Assembly (NCBI GenBank): GCA_002269645.1
Contig: NIVC01000754.1
Coordinates: forward strand, 372,001 to 436,000
Origin: Macrostomum lignano
Taxonomy: Eukaryota
Reading direction: 5' to 3'
DNA: 64,000 nucleotides
The position numbers and the translations under genes are program-made. The notes below the pieces were generated by a model. It was given only the letters and a program-made list of their open reading frames with translations. It ran no database searches and was not told the origin of the DNA. Below, in pieces: positions 12,201-21,451 of the stretch. Numbering within the stretch: the first letter of the stretch is position 1; every line of letters starts with the position of its first letter.

Positions 12201-12884
12201 GTTCATGTTGCAGGCGAGCTTCTTGACGTCGAACGGCTTGGCGGATTTGTGCACCGCGCAGACCCGTCCGTCAACCTGGACGGTGAAACTGTTCAGCCGT
12301 TCGGCGCAGCAGTCGCCACGGTTGAAGATGCGGATTGCCTTCACCCGGGAGACATTCTTGAGGGTGGCCTGCCACCAGGGCCGCGGCTGCTGCTTGGTAT
12401 GGGTGCACGAATTGCGGCCGTAGTTCCTCGCCGTATTTCCGTCCAGTGCGCGGCCGCATTGGCCGTTGAAGGCGACGGAGCTTTGAGTGCAGTTGAGTGT
12501 CTCGAGTATGCGACCTGTCAGTGGCGTAGCGGGATCATTCTGGAGCAGGCTGGCCTCAACCAGAACAGATCGCTCTAGAACCTAAACTAATGCTCTCAGT
12601 CAAATCAGATCACTCTAGAACCTAAACTAATGCTCTCAGTCAAATCAGATCACTCTAGAACCTAAACTAATGCTCTCAGTCAAATCAGATCACTCTAGAG
12701 CCTAAACTAATGCACTCAACCGAAGCAGATCACTCTAAACCAAGCTATCTACCGATCTAACCATCTACCGGAGCAGGTCACTCAGAGAGGATCATCACAA
12801 TGACTCACCAAGCGCAGCCTCCGAGCACAGGGCGATCACAGCCAGCCACAGGAGGCCGCCAGAAAACCTATTGAAGAGTCCCAT
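1..12884 (-). CDS. Giant secreted protein: signal peptide + F-type lectin domain + 2 SUEL (rhamnose/galactose-binding) lectin domains + >3000 aa Lys/Arg/Ala-rich repeat tail (3' end outside window)
   Basis: Manual exon model, all junctions GT-AG and phase 1. 12884-12809: MGLFNRFSGGLLWLAVIALCSEAAL, signal peptide. 12574-12113: FTL domain, CTHT...PWWQ...NRGDCCAERL, an exact H-X26-R-X-D-X4-R motif. 11973-11836: basic linker. 11452-10961: SUEL1, MYGRQ...FGDPCPGTFKYL. 10383-10246: linker. 10109 to <1: SUEL2, FYGRK...FGDPCPGTYKYM, then repeats. The ORF track 2698..9888 covers part of the last exon. Apparent 1-nt deletions at ~2917 and ~347 shift the frame; the KRRAA frame shows no stop to base 1. 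Confidence 0.88.
10550..10846 (-). mobile_element. tRNA-derived SINE copy 1 (intron 4 of lectin gene)
   Basis: Reverse strand reads TAGTGGTTAGAGCATCGGACTCACGACTGAAAGGTTGAGAGTTCGATTCTCGACC (A box, B box). It is followed by TGTCATTGAGCAAGACAATTAACTCTGCATTGCTTCAGTTCACCCAGCTGTAAAATGG (CORE/Meta-like central domain) and aligns by eye over ~280 nt to 30079-30370. Confidence 0.75.
11560..11715. repeat. 24-bp intronic minisatellite (catagaaccacagctcacactggt)
   Basis: About 6 tandem units in intron 3 of the lectin gene. Confidence 0.85.
12573..12740. repeat. 40-bp intronic repeat that includes the splice acceptor
   Basis: Unit ctctagaacctaaactaatgctctcagtcaaatcagatca, about 4 copies; on the minus strand each ends in TT/CTCTAG|AG. 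Confidence 0.85.
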
Positions 12885-13828
12885 GTCTTCAGTTCAACCA
12901 GTGTCGGACAAGCCACTGGTTCGGACGAGTGTCGCACAAGTTTTCTTCAGTTAGAGTAGCGCTGAGATTGAAACTCAGAAACTGAGTTTGCAGAGCTGAT
13001 CTTGGCCCTCGGATTGCCGCAAACTGACGCAGCTTTTATCTAGAATAAAATTCGCTGACGCAGCAACCGCTCAACAACCATTGAGCTCTCCGTGAAAGTG
13101 TCGGATTTCGCCCCCGGCGTTCCATCGCGCCATTCTCAATCTGCAGTTTGGCATTTTAGTCAAAGACAGCTGCCGTTGCTGCATAGAGTGCAGCTACTTT
13201 CAGCTGAAACCTGAGCCATTTTTTTCATTTTTCAGTTCTTTCGGCATCCGAACTTCAAGAGCGCAACAGAAGTTACTTTTTTGCGGCACCAGGTGCAAAA
13301 GTTTCAAAAATTGAAGCCCTCAAGTGCACAGTGAAAATTAAGCTGGGATCAAATTTTCTGACAAAATAAGAAGATTAAATTTCTTCAAAAAAGTGTTTGA
13401 GAACTTTTTGTTGACGCAAGCAGATTTTTCAATTTTTCGCCTTTTGAGTCCCCTGGGAGAAATTCAAGTCGATGTTGCGGCCCAAGAAGAATCTCGACTG
13501 ACTTTTGCTCTCCCCAACCAGATCTTGTCGGTAAAAATTTAGTATTTTCGCGACCCATTTATAACAAAAACTTGGTCTAAACAACGATCGTATGAAAGAG
13601 ATGACTAAGATGTCCTTATATTTTGCAGTGCAGATAGTTATGAGCATATGTGACTCACCTGACTGGTTAGCTGCTTAATTATTGATTGTGAAAGGTAGCA
13701 AAATTAGCATGGAACAACCATGCGGGAGAGAGCCTCAACTATAAAATATACATTGAGAAGCATCTCGCATCGACTCAAGCTGGAATTCAGAAGAGCAAAG
13801 ACTGCACACTGAGTAACTGACCAGGCTG

Positions 13829-14749
13829 ATGGGGCGAAAACTTTGTACTGCTGTTGTACTCACTGCTTTGATCCTGATTTTCCTGACTGCTCAAGCAGAC
13901 CAGTCGTCGGGTAAGCAAGTTTTGTATGTTTAGGTTGATGTAGAATGCATAATACGTACGATTTGCATTTACAAATTTACACCTGATTTCAAGCTTCTTG
14001 TGCTGTACAAGAACTGCTTCATGCACTCAGCACCAATATGTTGGTGAAACATAAACCATTCAGTGATCTACAAATCCATCAGTGACCCACCGATCTGTCA
14101 GTGACCCGATTCTATTCACTGAGTGACCTCAGATCTGCAATGACCCCCATATCCTTCATTCAGTGACCTCATATCATTTAGTGACCCCAATATCATTCAC
14201 TCAGTGACCTCAGATCTTCAGTGACCCAAATATCATTAACTCAGTGACCTCAGATTCATCAGTGACCCCAATATCATTCACTCAGTGACCTCAGATCTTC
14301 AGTGACCCAAATATCATTAACTCAGTGACCTCAGATTCATCAGTGACCCCAATATCATTCACTCAGTGACTTCAAATCGTGCTACTCCATCATCCAGCCG
14401 CAGTTTGCTTCACGCTGTACCTCAGCCGAGCCACAAGCTTGGCAACGCGTCAGCAGCTGCGGGTGCAGTTCTGCGGCCAAGCCGACTCCATGCTGGCTTT
14501 TGAATTTGCCGACGAAATCGTTAGCGGAGGTCGGCCGGGAGCTGGCCTGAGACTGCGGCTGCCAGCGGGGGAGTTCAGGGCCAACTTCAGCCTCAGGGCG
14601 TGTCGCTACACAGTTGCCTGGCTTAGCGGCTTCCAGGTAAGCATCGGCGAATCAGTCAGTCAGTCAGTCAGTCAATCAATAAATCTATCTATCTATCTAT
14701 CAATCTATCTATTTATCTATCTATCTATCTATCCATCTATCTATCTATC

Positions 14750-14809
<60 letters not shown>

Positions 14810-14810
14810 C

Positions 14811-14850
<40 letters not shown>

Positions 14851-14973
14851 GTCTGTCTATCTATTTGTCTATCTATCTATCTATCTATCTATATATCGAT
14901 CATCTATATATCATATTATATCAAGTTTTTAATTTACTACTTTTACTACTTTTTCTTTCAGACCTGTTTCTAA
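13829..14973 (+). CDS. Small secreted protein of unknown function (~110 aa, 4 Cys in mature part)
   Basis: Exon 13829-13910 encodes [27 protein letters not shown] (signal-peptide-like; donor gtaagc, phase 1). Exon 14398-14636 is in phase (AAVCFTLYL...[14 protein letters not shown]|gtaagc). Terminal exon is 14962-14973 (TCF*) after a strong polypyrimidine acceptor; an alternative terminal exon is 15089-15124. Confidence 0.6.
14060..14372. repeat. Intronic minisatellite built on cagtgacc
   Basis: Repeated cagtgacc(c/t)...atatcatt units. Confidence 0.8.
14654..14900. repeat. (TCAG)n/(TCTA)n microsatellite
   Basis: Direct inspection. Confidence 0.95.
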
Positions 14974-15574
14974 TACCCAATGAAAAGAGCGAATTTCTTT
15001 GGTGGGCACTACTTCAAGTAAACTGTGTGCATGTCACAGTGGCTCGCTGGTCTATTTTCTTATTTCTTTTCTTTTTTTACATCTTCAGGCCCGTAGGCCA
15101 GTTACTTCATTGGAATATGATTAACCACTGAAATAAATCTGCCATTAAAGTAAAATGCTTTAAAGTAACGCAGCATGAAGTTCTTTGTAAATCTGCAATG
15201 CGACTGAGTTTCATTCAAAAGTTTTGTAATATACAGTACTGTATGTCATGCAGTTACGGGCCCACTCATCATTGCAAATCAGCTCAATTGATGCAGCTCT
15301 AAATGAATGTACGGGCTGGGCTGTACATTGGATAAAGAGATAAGAGAGACAAAGCTGCATTATCCTCATCTGAGGCTCGCCTGCAGCTTGGAGAGCAACT
15401 TTTGGGAAAAGAGAATATTCCTGGCTTTTATTTCCTGGCTGGTCATAAACTCTTCTTCCCCTTGTCCTGCGGTTGTCGTAGCAACATGGGGATGAGGGGA
15501 CACGAAGCGATTGAGGAAATAAAAAAGAGAGGCCCGCTGGCTCATGAGATGCGGTGTGGCACCCCGAGGCCGAG

Positions 15575-17591
15575 ATGACAGCCCAGCAGCTGCAGCAGCA
15601 GACGTCTGCTCTTGCTCAAGCAGAACGTCGCAATAAGGCGGAGTCTGAGGCCCTGCAACATCGCCTGAGCTACCTGGAGTGGCGCCAGCGCGGCCTAGTC
15701 ACCAGGCACAACTTCCGGGCAGACGATCTGCGAAGGAATGCCAAGATTTTCGACTACACTTCGGGTAAGCTTTGCAGAGTATTTTGCGATGCCTTTCCTA
15801 GCAATCGACTGTATAGTCCGACACTATATCTTTCCGACACTGCATATCTCCGACACTGCATATCTCCGACACTGCATATCTCCGACACTGCATATCTCCG
15901 ACACTGCATATCTCCGACACTGCATATCTCCGACACTTCATATTTTCGACACTGCATACCTTCGACACTGTATATCTCCGACACTGCATATCTCCGACAC
16001 TGCATATCTCCGACACTGCGTATTTCCGACACTGCTTATCTCCGACACTTCGTATTTCCGACACTGCATATCTCCGACACTGCATATCTCCGACACTGCA
16101 TATCTCCGACACTGCATATCTCCGACACTGCATATCTCCGACACTGCATATCTCCGACACTGCATATCTCCGACACTGCATATCTCCGACACTGCATATC
16201 TCCGACACTGCATATCTCCGACACTGCATATCTCCGACACTTCATATTTTCGACACTGCATACCTTCGACACTGCATATCTCCGACACTGCATATCTCCG
16301 ACACTGCATATCTCCGACACTGCGTATTTCCGACACTGCTTATCTCCGACACTTCGTATTTCCGACACTGCATATCTCCGACACTTCGTATTTCCGACAC
16401 TGCATATCTCCGACACTGCATATCTCCGACACTGCATATCTCCGACACTACATATCTCCGACACTGCATATCTCCGACACTACATATCTCCGACACTGCA
16501 TACCTCCGACACTGCATATCTCCGACACTGCATATCTCCGACACTGCATATCTCCGACACTGCATATCTCCGACACTGCATATCTCCGACACTGCATATC
16601 TCCGACACTGCATATCTCCGACACTGCATATCTCCGACACTGCATATCTCCGACACTGCATATCTCCGACACTGCATATCTCCGACACTGCATATCCGTG
16701 ACAGGCCTAACCTTCGCCCTAGCTCTAAAGGAAGTATGAAGTGCCGAAGTTATGAGAGAAGATACGAAGATATGGAGATGTGTAATTTTGGAGATATGAA
16801 GGGTCGGAGGTATGAAGTGTATGCCATGAAATTTTGGAGAAATTAAACTCCTTACTTAGAAAATGTCGAATTTTTATGTCGAGGCTGGTGGCCTGGTGTT
16901 AGGGAGATTTTCTGTTCTATCTCAAGTTTTTAGCTGTCCATGTTTCGAAGTCCTAGCAGAGTCCTAAGCGGATAAATGAGAATGAGAAACAAAAACCACT
17001 CTCAATATTCAATGCTCAATCAGGTGAATGAAAGGCCCGAGTCAACTCATGACGCACTCAATTCCAACAGGCAGCAGTCACTGCTCGGAGGCCTGTGAGT
17101 CAAAGCCCAGCGGCTATCCTCAGCTGCACGTCAGGAAGGACTACTCAACGCCCAAGCTGATGAGTTCCAGCGGTTTCCAAACCCCGGAGCCAATCAAAGA
17201 GCAGTCAGGACAGCAGCGCACTCTCAAATGGGACTCAAAGTGCGCCCGGACTCTTGCCGAACCCGCTCTAGACGAGCAGCTATTCTCCATGGCCAACATG
17301 CGACGCTGGAGAAGCCAGGGCGGTTCGGGTCTCGGTCGTCAGGCCAATCACCTTCATCTGCCCAGCCTGGAAGCCATCAACGAAGGTGCCGCCGTTCGTA
17401 GCTACCGACTCAGCCGACGGAGAGCTCAATTCTTGGCAACCAGGGCGCGTCACTGCTCTGGACGGTTGCGCCTGCTTGAGCTGAAGAAGCGACAGGCAGT
17501 TGCCGACCAGGCCGATGCTGCCTCCACAACCAGCGAGGTCGAACTGCTGCCGAAATTGAAAGGCTTTGGAGAGCTGATGAACCTTCGCTAG
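15575..17591 (+). CDS. Hypothetical two-exon protein (~236 aa), no recognised domain
   Basis: Exon 15575-15764 (MTAQQLQQQ...KIFDYTS G|gtaag, phase 1) joins in frame to acceptor ccaacag| at 17071, continuing to the stop at 17591. Both segments are GC-rich and coding-like. Confidence 0.5.
15830..16697. repeat. 16-bp minisatellite (ccgacactgcatatct)n
   Basis: About 54 units filling an intron; produces the spurious HCISPTLHISDTAYLR ORFs. Confidence 0.97.
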
Positions 17592-18289
17592 ACAGTCCAT
17601 ATAAGCGTCTGAAGCTCGTGCAAAACAATTTTAAGCATAAGGACACGGGTTTTCATTGTATTAGCGCGATAGTAACATTGCCCAGTTCTTTAGCACTAAA
17701 TTAAACATGACTCGACTAATACACTTTCGAGTTAAGAATAAAACAACTGTATGTGTTTCGCCAAATAAAGTCAAAGAAATATTGTTGGAGTTAAGGAATA
17801 GTTGACTGCAGGAGACAGGAAACATGTACGCTGTGTTAGTATACATGCAGGACGAAGCGTTGGATTTCGCCATAGACTAAATCCATCGAAATGCGCTATG
17901 ATAGAGACAGGAATTGAAGAGAATCAACTTTAGACATTCCGGCAAGTTTTGCAATGAAGTGAGTGAGTGCAGAGTTTGTCTATTTGGGTTTTTTAATACA
18001 ATGCGTTTGAAAAAAAATTTTGTGTGTTAGCAGATAAAAGAAAATACGAGCTAAATTATATACTCGCTTCACACCTCATTTCCACAAAAAAATTCTCATA
18101 AAGACTTGTTGATATTTGTTATCTGCAAAGCTGCTAAAGTGAAAATGATGGTAAGAATCGAGAGTGCTAAACTGTGCGTTACGGGTTAGAATACAGAGTC
18201 AGACCATTTTGACAAAAACATTTCGTTGTCATTAGTTGTGTCGATGTATCAGAGGCGAGACTCAGTAAGCCATACACAGCATCCGGAAT

Positions 18290-20067
18290 CTACTTCCTCG
18301 CTGCGTTCATCGCTCGTGCACGTCGCAGATGCATCTCCTCGTCGGGAGCCACCAGACTGTGCCAGCAGCACTTCGACACCGCCTGCTGCTGCTGCTGCGC
18401 CTTTGACTCGGTGATGCTCAGCCAGTGTTCCCGAGCTAGTCGGAAGCGCCGATCGCTCTCGCCACTCGCTCCGTCATCATCGGCTGAAAGCTCAACCGAG
18501 CCGACCGCTTGCTTACTGCGCAGGAAGTCGCTGACGTGCACCAGGCTGAGCCGGAGGGCGCAGTGCCGAAGTCGATCAGCTGGCATGGCTGGGAAGCTGA
18601 ACTCCTCGTTAAAGTAGGGGTTGCGGCTCTTATCCACAGTGTCGCTCCGTTTGACGTGGATCGGTCCGTTCGGCTCCATCAGCATCAGCTCAACGTAGGT
18701 GTTGGGCAGGTTGTGCTTGTCCAACTGTCCGTCGGACTGTTTCAGGTGAACACCTGTAGGTTTATTCAGCAATTTAATAAACTTTCTGCTGCATAGAATG
18801 ACTCAGGCTACTTAATTAGGTCACATTGCCTAAACAGGGTAAAAGCTACATTCTGCAAAGCTCCTATCGCAGCTATAGGGGATTAGGGTCGCAATTTAGT
18901 CTAGAAAATGGGAGTTTAGAGTGTTCAGGCTCGAGTTGTCTCTGGCTTAAAGTTTCTACTCCATATACTTTCTGGGCCAGTGCCAAAGTTCTTCACACCT
19001 TTGCACTCGATAACTCGTACCATCAGCGGCGCTTCATCAGCGCCGCCCCGACGCAGCAGCACGCAGATTTCGCCTGGGCCGCAGTCTGCCGCCAAGCCGC
19101 GCTTCAGCCTGCGGCGGAACACGTGCTTCTCATCCGTCGCAGTGTTGAGCAGCAGGTCGTCGATCTCATTTCCGTAGCGCCGATCCTCCAGATTGTGCCG
19201 GCACCGGGCCAGGAGCGCCGGCTCCTTGGACACTTCGTCGCGGTCGTAAACTTCGAACTTCACCGCGGCCTTGGTGAGGTCGGCCTTGGCCAGCTTGAAG
19301 CTGCAGGGATAGTTGAACTCCGGACTGGTTGTGCCTCGCTCCACAGGCGTGGCGATTGCCTCCGTCTCGCTCAGGGCAGCGCCGGCCCCGTCCTTGCTCA
19401 CAATCCGGACCAGAATATAAGGGTTGAGCGTGCCCGATATGTTTCTAGGCAGATCTGTGCAGCCTTTCACAAGCACGGTGAGTTCTTCAGTATCCTGGTT
19501 GTAGGTCATCAGGTACCGGATGACACCGTAGGGCGAGGGGCAGTCAGCGATGGCGGCCTCCTGGCAGAGTGAGCCGCCGTCGGACGAGCCGTCTCCCAAA
19601 TCGGCCTTGCCACCGGATGAAAATCCTTTCCGACATGGGCAGTCGACGCTGTTGCACAGCGGCGTGCAGACGATGCACAGAAGCACCAGGACGACAAGCG
19701 ACACGCATCCGGCGGAGATGCTGGCGATGAAGAATGGCTTGGAAATCCACCAGTACTTCGGTTTCGATGTAGTCTTGCCCCGTGATTTCGTTTCAATTGG
19801 CGACGCACTGCCGATGGCTGATTCCGTAGATCCGTTGATGCGGCTTGTCGACGATGATTTCAAAGCACTGGTAACGATGCTCTTCAGCTGGAGCAGTTGC
19901 TCTCGCTGCTTCCCGGTGGCATGGTGCTTGACGGGAGTCGGGACAGGAGTTGAGTACTCCAGCTCACATGTCACCGGTTGCGCGATATGAACGATGAAGA
20001 AAATCAAAAGAAATAGTTTAAATCTGCTGAAAACTCTAACAGAGTTTGTCAAAGGTGGCTTCACCAT
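18290..20067 (-). CDS. Synaptotagmin-like membrane protein with tandem C2 domains
   Basis: Exons 20067-18969 and 18753-18290 (phase 1). N-terminal hydrophobic segment; TM helix FFIASISAGCVSLVVLVLLCIVC; C2A (YNQDTEELTVLVKGCTDLP...NPYILVR...TTSPEFN...FEVYDRD); C2B (LMVRVIECK...NTYVEL...SRNPYFNEEFSF...VGSVEL). Confidence 0.85.
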
Positions 20068-21451
20068 CTTCTAATCCGAGTCTTGACAGCAGAATCTCTT
20101 TCACTGCTTTGAGAGTTTACGCTTTTATGACAAAGATTTCTTTACCTTGACCCATTCAATATCAGCTAAAATTGGACTGCCTAAAGGTAGATGCTTGAAT
20201 GAAGCGAAGAATCTAAATAATATAGACTTTATTGTGCTCTGGCCCAGATGCAGAAAGTTGTTGCAGTATAAATCTCAAAATTCTTCTCTTATTGTCCAGT
20301 CCACCTAATTTGCCTATCTTGAGTGTCTCAGACCTCGACTGGGCCTGGCTGGCAGCGCAGCGACAAAAGAAGCACGTTAAAGCAGAGCAATGTGCAGAGC
20401 TGCTCAACTTTTCCGGCCCACTCCCCCTTATTTACATTTACGCCCCACTGCGCCTGCATACCTGCAATTGTTGCTAGTTTGAAGCAACCTCGTTAATCTA
20501 AGCATGCTGCTTGTTGTTTCGCCGACAACTTAAAAAACGAATATTTTACTACTAGTAGCGTATATAAAATACATTTTCATTGTCTTTTGGGATCGTGGGA
20601 AAGAATCACTGTAGAACGATGGTTTCGCAGGGAAGTGACTTCGAATGAATTCAATATTGCTGAGTATTTGGCTGCCTATCCTTAACTCTTCTTAACTGTC
20701 GTGCGATTTACACCCATAAAGACACCCTACAGCCCTCCTCGAACATGATTACTAGCCTAAAGCTTCTGTCCTTACGTTTGTGGAGTCGTGGATTCGTGTG
20801 GATTCTTGTGGAGAACGTGTGAATTCTACCTCCGTCAGTCAGGACAGCCTACCTGATCTCTGAAAGAATCTGCGGCGTTGCTTGCAGGGTTGCCCTTCAC
20901 TCTATGAGAGCGGTCCTGCAGTCTGAGGCGCTACCAAACCACCAGAGGTTGGTGGTCCAGACCGTCTTGTTTTGCAACAACGATGAGATTTTGGGGCCGA
21001 CGGACGTCGATCTTTGGGCATAGAAGTCACGGCAAGTCACACCGGGCTGGTCCATCTAATCGACCTTTTCAAGCTATATCAACTGCTTCTAGTCCTCCTA
21101 AAGTCTAAAATTTGAACTTCAATTCAAACATAGATTCTATTTCTGTAGAATTAAATTGTCTGCATCAGAAAATCAATTCCAATCCAGTCCTATCCAAGAA
21201 TTAACCACATAAAGAGACAATCCGGTGTGGAGCATGTACATGTAGATAAACACAGACTTCTTCAACACGACTACACTACTGCAGTTAAGTAGCAACATGA
21301 GATTGTTTATGACTGCGTGTTTCTCATACTAGACATATACAATAGAGTCTATAAAAGCTTGAGCAGTCAAAAGCCTCCGCTCTCAGCTCAACACCAGGCA
21401 ATAGCAGTTCAATTTTTCCTCTCGAAAAAATCCGCTTGTTTCCAAACGATA

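Noticed and set aside
15830-16697. CRISPR-like arrays (this and the other 21-47-bp repeats)
   Set aside because: Head-to-tail repeats without unique spacers, no cas genes, eukaryotic intronic context.
20640-21060. GC-richer patch resembling a retroelement fragment
   Set aside because: No ORF of 60 aa or more and no RT, integrase or transposase motif found by eye.
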